DNA of 64,000 bases from a virus. Under the pieces are notes generated by a model. That model was not told the origin of the DNA, did not search any database, and saw nothing but the letters and a program-made list of their open reading frames with translations. Positions within the stretch are counted from its first letter, which is position 1. The number at the start of each line of letters is the position of its first letter. Where the stretch lies: the IMG/VR virus record IMGVR_UViG_3300045988_095842; one strand, given 5' to 3'. The translations under genes were made by a program, and so were the position numbers. This document shows positions 8,978 to 16,802 of the stretch, one piece after another.

Positions 8978-9604
8978 CTATGCATAGTAACCGCCGTTAC
9001 ATCCGGAAGGCATTGCATAAGGGTATGTCCCCCATGCAGCCATGTTCACCTTCGGAATGCCGCAGAGCTGCTGACTGGTGTAAAGCTCATTTACACGGGC
9101 CTGCAGAGCATCGATTTTATTCTGCTGCATCATGGCTCTGGTCTTCTCGCCTTCCTCATGAACAGCCGTCTGCGTTGCATTGGCGAAGTTCGCCATGTCG
9201 TAGCGAACCGCGTCGATGTTGCGGTTTGTGTCGCAGCAGCATTTCTGCATTCCAGCGAAACCGTTGTTCGTAGCTGCTTCGAGATCACGAATTTCACCAA
9301 GTACGTTGTAATTCGCATCCTTGACAGCTCCGGTTGTGTCGTAAGCGCTCTGTCTTACTGCATCAACGATTTCATTGTTCTGGCGCTCAAGTGCCGCAAA
9401 GTCTGTAGACCTCTGGATGTCTCCAACTGTTGCCTGGCGGTCAGCTCCGCCATTTCCAAACAGTCCACCGCCTCTTCCCATAAACATGAGTACAAGCAGT
9501 GCAAAGATCCACATCCCACCGCCACAATCGCCGAACATGCCGTTTTTGCTGCCGGTTACTGCGGAGATATCCGCAAGACTAGGAATATAAGCATTTCCGT
9601 CCAT
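8978..9604 (-). CDS. membrane-anchored hypothetical protein
   Basis: One hydrophobic segment (MWIFALLVLMFMG) flanked by G-rich stretches, plus a CCCD cluster. Confidence 0.55.
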   Translation of the reverse strand: MDGNAYIPSLADISAVTGSKNGMFGDCGGGMWIFALLVLMFMGRGGGLFGNGGADRQATVGDIQRSTDFAALERQNNEIVDAVRQSAYDTTGAVKDANYNVLGEIRDLEAATNNGFAGMQKCCCDTNRNIDAVRYDMANFANATQTAVHEEGEKTRAMMQQNKIDALQARVNELYTSQQLCGIPKVNMAAWGTYPYAMPSGCNGGYYA

Positions 9605-9687
9605 TTTTAATACCTCTCATCAGGTATAGTGGGTGGGGACGATTGTCCCCTATCTGTATCTATGATCTGCGCAAAATCATATCTTTT

Positions 9688-9924
9688 TCAGCGGCGGAAA
9701 AGTCCGCCGAACTGTGCCATCATCTGAGCCTGCTGCATAGCCGCATCAGGATCTATTCCCTTAATCTGGCATACCCTCCGGAATACTTTTTCCGGATTTG
9801 TTTTCTGCATAAGTGATCCAAGCCGGAACAAATCCTGCGGACTACTGATCCCCTGCATCGCTGCCTGCACTGCCTGATCCAGCTTTACGCTTTCCTGATC
9901 CGGCTGTTGAAACACGTTCGCCAT
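9688..9924 (-). CDS. hypothetical protein
   Basis: ATG at 9924 preceded by AAAGGAG. It overlaps the tail of the upstream ORF. Confidence 0.5.
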   Translation of the reverse strand: MANVFQQPDQESVKLDQAVQAAMQGISSPQDLFRLGSLMQKTNPEKVFRRVCQIKGIDPDAAMQQAQMMAQFGGLFRR

Positions 9925-10342
9925 ACTGCTCCTTTTTCCAGGCTTCAAATTCTGCCCTGGTTAAATACTCCTGGGGCTGAGCGACATCCGTGTTTTGTGC
10001 CGGAATAGCTGGAACACTGTCCACAATTTCGGTATAATCAAAAACACGGATGGACCCATATCCACCTCCATCTGTTGTCTTCAAGTAAAATCTCTGCCTG
10101 TTTTTATCAAACAGCGGAACAACCTTATTTGGAGGCAGCGGATAGGCTCTTGCCCCTTCCTCTCCGTTCACCATGATCAGTGGCTGCTGATCTGGTGGTG
10201 GAAGCTGAGGAGACGGCTGAGCATACGGGGAATATGGATTCATCCCATTCCCATAGCTATTCATTCCATTCATTCCAAATCCACCGTAGTAGCCCATATC
10301 GTCAGTCCTCCTTGCTTCTGAGTAAATGGTACTATCTGACAT
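9842..10342 (-). CDS. low-complexity G/N/Y/P-rich protein
   Basis: N-terminus MGYYGGFGMNGMNSYGNGMNPYSPYAQPSPQLPPPDQQ, followed by a globular part. Confidence 0.55.
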   Translation of the reverse strand: MSDSTIYSEARRTDDMGYYGGFGMNGMNSYGNGMNPYSPYAQPSPQLPPPDQQPLIMVNGEEGARAYPLPPNKVVPLFDKNRQRFYLKTTDGGGYGSIRVFDYTEIVDSVPAIPAQNTDVAQPQEYLTRAEFEAWKKEQYGERVSTAGSGKRKAGSGSAGSDAGDQ

Positions 10343-10418
10343 CTAAAATTTCTTGTGTAATTTTAGCGGATTTTTACCTAATTTTTTGGGTATACTCAGA
10401 AACATCGAGGAAAAACTA

Positions 10419-11000
10419 ATGGAATATCGACTAGAAAAGCTAACTTCTGACATGCTCGCCGACTCGCGAATTTGCAAGCAGAAAAGCCAACAATATATGG
10501 CTAAAGAGCTTGGAAAATCGCTTTCGACAATCCAAAACTGGGAGACTGGCGCGACTGTGCCAAAAATGACTGACATGCTCAGGTGGTTTAATGTGCTCGG
10601 AATCAATCCACTTCGGGCTTGTCTGGAATATGTCCATCCAGTCATCTACAAAGGAATCCATGACGGCGATGACATTGAAAAAATCGATAAAGCCCTCCTA
10701 CACTATATCCAGAATGTCGCTCCGGAACGAGAACGCCGTGAACTTGCTTTCTGCATTTTCGGAGAGACAGGATCTTCATGGTCTGCACAGCTTGATGAGC
10801 TGACCGCACGGAATCATCTGCCAATCCAAGACAGAATCAGCATATCTAAGATGACTGTCGATACCTATGAACTGGACTCTGCGATAGGAAAGCTGCGATG
10901 CGATGACAAAATTCTTCCAGATATCCAGAATGTGAAGGGCGCAATTTCAAAGTGCACAGAGTGTGCAAAAGACGGAAAAGATGCCTACCAAAACACATGA
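10419..11000 (+). CDS. XRE-family helix-turn-helix protein with an uncharacterised C-terminal domain
   Basis: Contains QQYMAKELGKSLSTIQNWETGATVP. A GAGGA RBS precedes the ATG at 10419. It is a plus-strand gene in an otherwise minus-strand region. Confidence 0.7.
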   Translation: MEYRLEKLTSDMLADSRICKQKSQQYMAKELGKSLSTIQNWETGATVPKMTDMLRWFNVLGINPLRACLEYVHPVIYKGIHDGDDIEKIDKALLHYIQNVAPERERRELAFCIFGETGSSWSAQLDELTARNHLPIQDRISISKMTVDTYELDSAIGKLRCDDKILPDIQNVKGAISKCTECAKDGKDAYQNT

Positions 11001-11117
11001 CATAAGAAAAGGCAGCCTCATCCGAGAGGCCGCCAAACAGGAAAAGAAATGACGAAGAAACGATACTGATATTATACGATTCTCCCTTCGTCTTTTCAAT
11101 TTTGTGCAGGAAGAGCC

Positions 11118-11146
11118 TTGACTGATTGAAAAGTGCGGTGTATATA
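11118..11146 (+). promoter_or_regulatory. sigma-70/sigA-type promoter directly upstream of the CRISPR-like repeats
   Basis: TTGACT, a 17-nt spacer, then TATATA (within gtgTATATATATAAAT). Confidence 0.5.
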
Positions 11147-11153
11147 TATAAAT

Positions 11154-11289
11154 ATGTTCCCTGCGTTAGCGCGGGTGACCCGTCCGGTTAGGTTGCAGCC
11201 TCCGGACTTTTTTAATGTTTCCCGCGTTAGCGGGGGTGACCCTTTAAAAATGATGGGCCAAGTGTTTCCTGCGTTAGCGGGGTATAAGA
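11154..11289 (+). CRISPR. Stand-alone type I-E-like repeat cluster: 2 full repeats plus 1 degenerate repeat, with spacers of 33 and 19 nt
   Basis: R1 ATGTTCCCTGCGTTAGCGCGGGTGACCC (11154-11181). R2 ATGTTTCCCGCGTTAGCGGGGGTGACCC (11215-11242). R3 GTGTTTCCTGCGTTAGCGGGGTATAAGA (11262-11289). All three carry a CCYGC-GTTA-GCGGG hairpin. Confidence 0.55.
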
Positions 11290-11291
11290 AA

Positions 11292-11321
11292 AGGAACCGG
11301 ATTTTTCCGGTTCCTTTTTTC
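11292..11321. terminator. bidirectional Rho-independent terminator
   Basis: Hairpin AGGAACCGG-ATTTTT-CCGGTTCCT, flanked by an A-run and a T-run. Confidence 0.65.
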
Positions 11322-11330
11322 TCTTTTCTG

Positions 11331-11549
11331 TCATTCCGGTCGCCACCATGCGGCCAGATCCGTTTCTTTTTCATGTGATCTTGCGAAATCTACCAGGTCA
11401 TCCCACATCTTGTCCGGATCATCATATTTATGGTAATCCAGCCCTGCGAACTCACAAAGGCCTTCATAAACCTCTGTGTCGAAGTCGTTCCAGCACTCTG
11501 CTTTTTCGATTGCTTTCATCGTTTCTTTAAATTCTTTCAAAGTTGTCAT
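11331..11549 (-). CDS. small acidic hypothetical protein
   Basis: 72 aa ORF. Confidence 0.55.
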   Translation of the reverse strand: MTTLKEFKETMKAIEKAECWNDFDTEVYEGLCEFAGLDYHKYDDPDKMWDDLVDFARSHEKETDLAAWWRPE

Positions 11550-11620
11550 ATCGTTCCATCCCTTCCGGCCTGTCGGCCTTGTTTGACTAAATCTTTGACT
11601 AAATCTTGGACTATCTTGAA

Positions 11621-11890
11621 CTAAATTTTTCTTCCCATCTTCTCAGATACCGCAGCCAAAATGTACTCACTCATACTTACCCCTTCCTTCCTGGCAGCTT
11701 CCCTGATGGCAGCTTTCTCTCCTTTTGGAAAGGCAAGGCTTATCCGATCATAATTTTCTCTTATATAGTCATTCTTGTACTTGACCTGATCAAACGGTTC
11801 TCCTTTTTTCTTCACGCTTCCTCCTTGATCTTGCCATGAAAACCTCTTATACTGCTGATAAGAGATTTGGGCGGCTTCTGGCAAGTCCAC
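11621..11890 (-). CDS. ribbon-helix-helix (Arc/CopG-like) DNA-binding protein
   Basis: The C-terminal RISLAFPKGEKAAIREAARKEGVSMSEYILAAV segment is typical of RHH proteins. Confidence 0.5.
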   Translation of the reverse strand: MDLPEAAQISYQQYKRFSWQDQGGSVKKKGEPFDQVKYKNDYIRENYDRISLAFPKGEKAAIREAARKEGVSMSEYILAAVSEKMGRKI

Positions 11891-11914
11891 CGCCCTTTTC
11901 TCTGCCCGTTGTCC

Positions 11915-12052
11915 TTACTTATCCAGTAAGGACTTTACTTTTGCCTTGGCTTCTTCCAGATCCTTGCTCTCATTGAGCAGTTCCAAAATCTTTCTGGTCT
12001 GGTTTTCCTCAGCTACTTCCTTCAGGATTTCTCCCAGGTTCATATCGTCCAT
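11915..12052 (-). CDS. small hypothetical protein (45 aa)
   Basis: My own translation: MDDMNLGEILKEVAEENQTRKILELLNESKDLEEAKAKVKSLLDK. An AAAGGAG RBS lies upstream. Confidence 0.4.
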   Translation of the reverse strand: MDDMNLGEILKEVAEENQTRKILELLNESKDLEEAKAKVKSLLDK

Positions 12053-12114
12053 AAAGACTCCTTTCTTCGCTTGCCCGATACTAGGTAAAAGGCCTATCCC
12101 TTACCCGCAACTAT

Positions 12115-12143
12115 ATAATAGCATATCTTACGTAATATGTAAA
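12115..12143 (-). promoter_or_regulatory. candidate sigA-type promoter for the 12.05->11.33 kb moron genes
   Basis: On the minus strand: TTTACA, a 17-nt spacer, then TATTAT. Confidence 0.4.
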
Positions 12144-12144
12144 T

Positions 12145-12195
12145 AGTAAAATAAAAATAGGGACAGGTAGCTGTACGCACTACTCTGCCCCTATT
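12145..12195 (-). terminator. Rho-independent terminator closing the lysis operon
   Basis: An 11-bp stem (AATAGGGGCAG / CTGTCCCTATT) followed by a T-rich tract on the minus strand. Confidence 0.5.
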
Positions 12196-12322
12196 GCCGG
12201 CCTTATGCTACCCACCTCTGCATAAGATATGCATCCGGACTAACGCACAGACGCCCCCAGTGGTCGCGATCCACTTCTCTATTTTTTCGCTACTGCTATT
12301 ATAGCATTCTCTCAATACTTAA

Positions 12323-12433
12323 TCACTCATCCCACCACATCATTATTCCAGCAGCCGTGACAGCCGCAAGTGCAGCCAGATAAGCAGCTCCAAGACCAAC
12401 GCCGACGCACGCCAGCAATATCAGTGCTCCCAT
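12323..12433 (-). CDS. 36-aa hydrophobic peptide downstream of the endolysin
   Basis: My own translation: MGALILLACVGVGLGAAYLAALAAVTAAGIMMWWDE. A GGAGGG RBS lies 4 nt upstream. Confidence 0.4.
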   Translation of the reverse strand: MGALILLACVGVGLGAAYLAALAAVTAAGIMMWWDE

Positions 12434-12446
12434 TTGACCCTCCGCA

Positions 12447-13217
12447 TTACTTTTGCAAATACTGGAGTGAGATCCAGTACCCGGTTCCTGTCAGTCTGCC
12501 CCATCCTTCTGTTTCTTTGTCGATACTGACTACCATGTTGGGAGGCAGGCGCATCTCCTGCCCTCCAAGCTTGACCGTGCCAAATCGCGTGCCAGGTCCA
12601 AGTCTGACATTAAGATACGATGATACTTTGACGATTCCTGCATATTGCCGCACTGCGTCTCCCCTCCCGTTTCCGTTCGCCGTGGTCACTTTTGATCCGG
12701 TCGAAATATTGATAACTACATGATGTGCTTCAGCCAGGACAATATCTCCAGGAATCAGATATGCATCCGAGGTCAGATACTTGCTTTCCGTCATGCACTC
12801 AAAACCCACTGCGATCAAAGCCTGCTTCAATGTCCATGTGGTATTGGACGGCGATACCTGTTGAAGTCTTGTCAGCCCAAGCTGATGACCAGCCGCGATG
12901 ACTGCCGCTGCTGTGCTTGCTGAGCAATCCGACTCGCAAGCTGAAGTGATCCGCTCCGGATGCCAGCCGGAAAGCTTCAATTGATTGTAGTAGGTCAGTC
13001 TTTCGTTCTGGTCATATCCAATCTTGCTGTTTTTTGCAGCCTGTGTGGCGATTTCAGCAATCTTTTTGCCAACCTTGATATCTGGATGCCTCAGCACGCA
13101 ATCCCACCCGTAAGACGGACGGTAGAAGGATCTCAGATAGTACTCTGTGCCGGTCTGATCTCCGGCCTTGCCGCCTCGGTACCGTCCATTTTCATCATGA
13201 CCGCAAGAACTAACCAT
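12447..13217 (-). CDS. endolysin: Cys/His peptidoglycan hydrolase (Amidase_5 or NlpC/P60-like) with a C-terminal SH3 domain
   Basis: Contains DCSASTAAAVIAAG ... GDIVLAEAHHVVI, then the SH3-like VSSYLNVRLGPGTRFG...GWGRL. The likely start is MVSSCGHDENG at 13217. Confidence 0.7.
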   Translation of the reverse strand: MVSSCGHDENGRYRGGKAGDQTGTEYYLRSFYRPSYGWDCVLRHPDIKVGKKIAEIATQAAKNSKIGYDQNERLTYYNQLKLSGWHPERITSACESDCSASTAAAVIAAGHQLGLTRLQQVSPSNTTWTLKQALIAVGFECMTESKYLTSDAYLIPGDIVLAEAHHVVINISTGSKVTTANGNGRGDAVRQYAGIVKVSSYLNVRLGPGTRFGTVKLGGQEMRLPPNMVVSIDKETEGWGRLTGTGYWISLQYLQK

Positions 13218-13569
13218 TTGCTTTTGCCTCCGCGCTCTTCTGCGAGTTTTCTTTTTTACTCTTTGTATTTGTACTCGCACTATGGAGCTGATATACTGCC
13301 GCCTCAATAAGGTTTGATAATTGGTCATCGCTCATGCTGATATGGAGATCATCAAGTGCCTCTCGTGCCACAGTCATAGCAAGTTCTTTCCGCTCAGCAC
13401 CAGATTTCTGCCAGAGCGTCTGCTGTGCCGCAAGGACCGCCTTGCCAACCTCATTCTGCGCAAGCTTCTGCTTCAGGGCTCTCGAAATCACCGGTACCAC
13501 ATACACAGCCAAAAGGCCGAAAATAAGCTTTACTGCAAGCTCTACAAGCTCATACGTCTGATTATTCAT
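13210..13569 (-). CDS. holin (LL-H family-like)
   Basis: An N-terminal TM segment (LAVKLIFGLLAVYVVPVI) plus an amphipathic tail. It sits directly upstream of the endolysin. Confidence 0.55.
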   Translation of the reverse strand: MNNQTYELVELAVKLIFGLLAVYVVPVISRALKQKLAQNEVGKAVLAAQQTLWQKSGAERKELAMTVAREALDDLHISMSDDQLSNLIEAAVYQLHSASTNTKSKKENSQKSAEAKANG

Positions 13570-13853
13570 CCTTCACCTCCAATTGAATCTTCCGCCTCGT
13601 TCGGGTCTGCCTCAATATCAAGATCCGCCTCGTCCGGCATTGTCTCTTCTTTTCTTTTTCTCTTATGCTTGCTCTCGTAAATCCTCCAGAGGATGCCGGC
13701 TTCCGCAGTCGCAAATGCAAAGTATCCTGTGACCAGGGCAGACGGTTCCGCGCCGACAAGAGCAAAAACTTTGAACGTCTCTACTACAAAAAGAATCGTC
13801 CCGATCCCCAGGAGGATCAGGACGACATCCGTAAACTTTATTCTGTTTTTCAT
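13566..13853 (-). CDS. small membrane protein (holin-like, 2-3 TM segments)
   Basis: Hydrophobic segments VVLILLGIGTILFVV and GYFAFATAEAGILW, with a charged tail. Confidence 0.5.
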   Translation of the reverse strand: MKNRIKFTDVVLILLGIGTILFVVETFKVFALVGAEPSALVTGYFAFATAEAGILWRIYESKHKRKRKEETMPDEADLDIEADPNEAEDSIGGEG

Positions 13854-14254
13854 TACACCACTCCAAGCTCCTTGCGCTTCCGTTCCCTGTCAAGATGCTT
13901 GGCCTCTTCGTCCGTTACTACCTCGAGCTTTCCACACTCGTTGTAACCTGTTTCGCAGTCGCCGTTTCCTCCAAGCTCTCTATACGGGGCATACAGGTAA
14001 TTCAGGTTGGTCTTTTCTCTCGTGGTGATTGCTCCGCGCTCAAGGATCTTGTCCGTAAGATACAGGATCTTGTCGTGCTCAAGGCCAAGGATCGCACGGC
14101 TCTGCGCACTCTGATTGGCCTCTTTCTTTTCATTTTTCTTGTCATGCCGCTGGATCAGGTATACGATCAGCCCGGTTCCACCGGAACCGACTATTCCTGT
14201 TACTACGGCTGTTGCTAGTGCTAGCACTTCTGGAGTCATCGTCCCTCCCCCCAT
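13853..14254 (-). CDS. membrane-anchored lysis-module protein
   Basis: N-terminal TM segment ALATAVVTGIVGSGGTGLIVYLI. Confidence 0.5.
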   Translation of the reverse strand: MGGGTMTPEVLALATAVVTGIVGSGGTGLIVYLIQRHDKKNEKKEANQSAQSRAILGLEHDKILYLTDKILERGAITTREKTNLNYLYAPYRELGGNGDCETGYNECGKLEVVTDEEAKHLDRERKRKELGVV

Positions 14255-14430
14255 TACTTTTCAAGTACAAAAAAGAGCGATGCAGGATCTGCAATTCTTT
14301 CCTGTAACGCTCCAACTGTCATCGTTTTGCAATCATAGTATGCTTCTATTCCAAAATCTACACATACTATTTTCTTTCCATTTTGGACGTTCGTAAGAAC
14401 GTCCGTTGATTTAATCTGTGTGACTTTCAA
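14254..14430 (-). CDS. small hypothetical protein (TTG start, 58 aa)
   Basis: A GGAGG RBS lies 7 nt before the TTG. The stop overlaps the next ATG (TAATG). Confidence 0.35.
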   Translation of the reverse strand: MKVTQIKSTDVLTNVQNGKKIVCVDFGIEAYYDCKTMTVGALQERIADPASLFFVLEK

Positions 14431-14475
14431 AGTACTGCCTCCTTTCTGGTCACAACTTTATAGTTTACAGTAATG

Positions 14476-15321
14476 TCATGCCGCATAGTAGCAGTAGAAC
14501 GTGCCAGTGACGGAGCCTTCCCCTCCAGATTCGCCAATGTTATTGGTGCACCTCAGATTCGTGACAGTCAATACTCCATTTGAGGAGTTATATGACATTG
14601 AGCATTCCACAGAGCTGTCTACTTTTGTACCTTTCATATATGTTTCCTGGTTCCCCCAATGGTTATCTGTTCTTTTGACGGATGTTGGAACAAAAGCAAA
14701 GTTTTCAATTGTGAAATCATGGAATCCAGGAATAGCTGCAGCTGAATATGTACCGTCCCCACCAGTTCCGATAGCAACTCTGTACAGCTTTTTGCTCGCA
14801 TACCCAGACTTATACGAAGCACTCTCTTCATTTACTCTTGCGTCCGCATCAGACATGCCTGCGTTATATGCCCCGTCTCCGGACACGTAGCCCTGCCCGC
14901 TGTGATAACCGGCCGGAATTGTGACATTTCCTTTTCCAGTCGTCTTGCCGGTCCACGCTCCATTATTCGGCATACTGCCAGCCACATTTTCAGCCGTCGC
15001 GGACGAAAACGTCTTCCCACTCAGGACGTCCGCTTCTGCTGCGTTCCCGGTGGGATTTCTAAAAGGGGTTACTGCTCCATTCTTGCCGTTCTTGTATCCC
15101 CATCTGCCGGAAGAATCCGTATCAAAGTACAGATCTCCAACCTTGAGCTCCAGCTTCTCCGCACGGTCTCCGAGAGTCTTCCCCATACGTGCATCAAGCA
15201 CATACCCGGCATCCGTTGTGGTTGCGTCATTCCGGACTCCATTTGCATCAAGCTTGCGCTTGAGTGCTGCCGCAATCGAATCATTGATCTTACTCAGCAT
15301 TGATATCGGTACTAAAGCCAT
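14476..15321 (-). CDS. tail fibre / receptor-binding protein
   Basis: 281 aa, G/S/T/N-rich, positioned after the baseplate J and XkdU-like genes. Confidence 0.55.
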   Translation of the reverse strand: MALVPISMLSKINDSIAAALKRKLDANGVRNDATTTDAGYVLDARMGKTLGDRAEKLELKVGDLYFDTDSSGRWGYKNGKNGAVTPFRNPTGNAAEADVLSGKTFSSATAENVAGSMPNNGAWTGKTTGKGNVTIPAGYHSGQGYVSGDGAYNAGMSDADARVNEESASYKSGYASKKLYRVAIGTGGDGTYSAAAIPGFHDFTIENFAFVPTSVKRTDNHWGNQETYMKGTKVDSSVECSMSYNSSNGVLTVTNLRCTNNIGESGGEGSVTGTFYCYYAA

Positions 15322-15324
15322 TGA

Positions 15325-15582
15325 TTACACCTTCCCTTCTGCAAATTTCGCAATCTCTGCATTCATTTCCGCCTCTGTCATCTCTACCGGCTTTGCGTTC
15401 TTAATCTTTTCATCTGTAGACTTTTCCAGATCCTGTACCTGGTTCAGCAGGTACCGGTCATTCTGGAGAAACGTCTGATAGTACCCATTTACAAAAGATG
15501 CCTCAACGTAGTCAGACTGCTTTACCTGTTCCACATGCGATACATTAAAATCCGGTTCTGCCGGGACACTAAATGCCGCCAT
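15325..15582 (-). CDS. hypothetical tail-associated protein
   Basis: 85 aa ORF between baseplate and fibre genes. Confidence 0.5.
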   Translation of the reverse strand: MAAFSVPAEPDFNVSHVEQVKQSDYVEASFVNGYYQTFLQNDRYLLNQVQDLEKSTDEKIKNAKPVEMTEAEMNAEIAKFAEGKV

Positions 15583-15596
15583 GCTTGCCCTCCTTT

Positions 15597-16802
15597 TCAG
15601 TAAACAATGTCAACAATGTCATCAATCTTGAACACCATCGGTGTTCCTGTTCTCTTCAGCTTTTTATCAAAGGTCTTAATGCAGACCAGATCACCATCAC
15701 TGTCCGCAAGGCCCATTTCTGTGATGTACAGGCCATTTGCAGTATCTTCCGGAATTTCTCCAAGATACTGATAGGTTTGCTCATCCAGCTTTGTTGCTGA
15801 AATTACTTCCGTGCGTGCTACTTCTTTTTTCAAAGCTGTCTCTTTCCCAGTCGGAATGTACTTCTTCCCATCATCTCCAAGCCCTGTGCCAAACACAAAG
15901 TACTTGATCTGCCAGGAATCGCTGCCAATCGCACGCATCTTCAGCATCTTCAGTTTTGCCTGATTCAGTAATACTGCATCCACTTCGTCCGGTGCCTCCG
16001 TTCCTTCTATCGGTCCCCACTGTATCGTGCCGTCAAATTTATACTTGCCGTCCCAAATGTTGTAGTGCTTATCCAGCGCGTCAAACCGATACCTTCCGTT
16101 GTACTGGATCCGCCCATTATGAAGGATATAAACATCCTTCTCCTGCGCCGCATACCGGATCGTTCCGTCATACTTGAAAAGGCCAGTGTACCGGTTATAG
16201 ATGTCATAAGAAATTTGCAGATTCCGGAAGTGCTCCCAGGGCTTTAACTCAATCCGGTCTCTGTAATTTGTCTCAAAAAACATCTTTACGCCACCAGGAC
16301 GGATTACCATTGGTTTGATCACGGTCGGATCAGGTATATCCGAAGGGATATCCTTGATATCAATCCGGAGAGATGCAGGACCGGCCTTCCCCCATGGCTC
16401 GCCGTTGTATATGGCTGTGATAGGATTTTCCTCGTAAGTGATGATTGACTCATCACCCCACAGAAGATGAAGACCCTTCATGATGTCCTCATACGTCCCG
16501 TATGCATTATTTTTCAGGATTTGAAAATAAAGGACATTCCGATAGGCCTCATCATCCAGCGCATCAATGTCCGTAATCTCAAGAAGCTTATAAGCCTCCA
16601 GACGAGTGATCCCTACGATATCGCCGATCATGTCCAGATTCTTTCCGGCTGCATACCGGATATCTGTTTTCTCCTTCAGATCAGCAAACACCGTTTCAAG
16701 GCCGGTAATCTGTTTTCCAACCGCATCTATGATCGCTGAAAGATTCGCCTTTCCCTGAAACTGGCACGGGAGCTCTTTTTTCCACTCTTCTACCAGCTTC
16801 AT
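15597..16802 (-). CDS. baseplate/tail protein (XkdU / DUF2313-like N-terminus)
   Basis: 401 aa. It overlaps the stop of the baseplate J-like gene. Confidence 0.5.
   Translation of the reverse strand: MKLVEEWKKELPCQFQGKANLSAIIDAVGKQITGLETVFADLKEKTDIRYAAGKNLDMIGDIVGITRLEAYKLLEITDIDALDDEAYRNVLYFQILKNNAYGTYEDIMKGLHLLWGDESIITYEENPITAIYNGEPWGKAGPASLRIDIKDIPSDIPDPTVIKPMVIRPGGVKMFFETNYRDRIELKPWEHFRNLQISYDIYNRYTGLFKYDGTIRYAAQEKDVYILHNGRIQYNGRYRFDALDKHYNIWDGKYKFDGTIQWGPIEGTEAPDEVDAVLLNQAKLKMLKMRAIGSDSWQIKYFVFGTGLGDDGKKYIPTGKETALKKEVARTEVISATKLDEQTYQYLGEIPEDTANGLYITEMGLADSDGDLVCIKTFDKKLKRTGTPMVFKIDDIVDIVY

Noticed and set aside
9842-9948. Programmed frameshift joining ORF 9842..10342 to ORF 9688..9948 at the GGAAAAAGG run.
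   Set aside because: The downstream ORF is in the +1 (not -1) frame and has its own strong AAAGGAG RBS and ATG at 9924. A simple gene overlap is the more economical reading.
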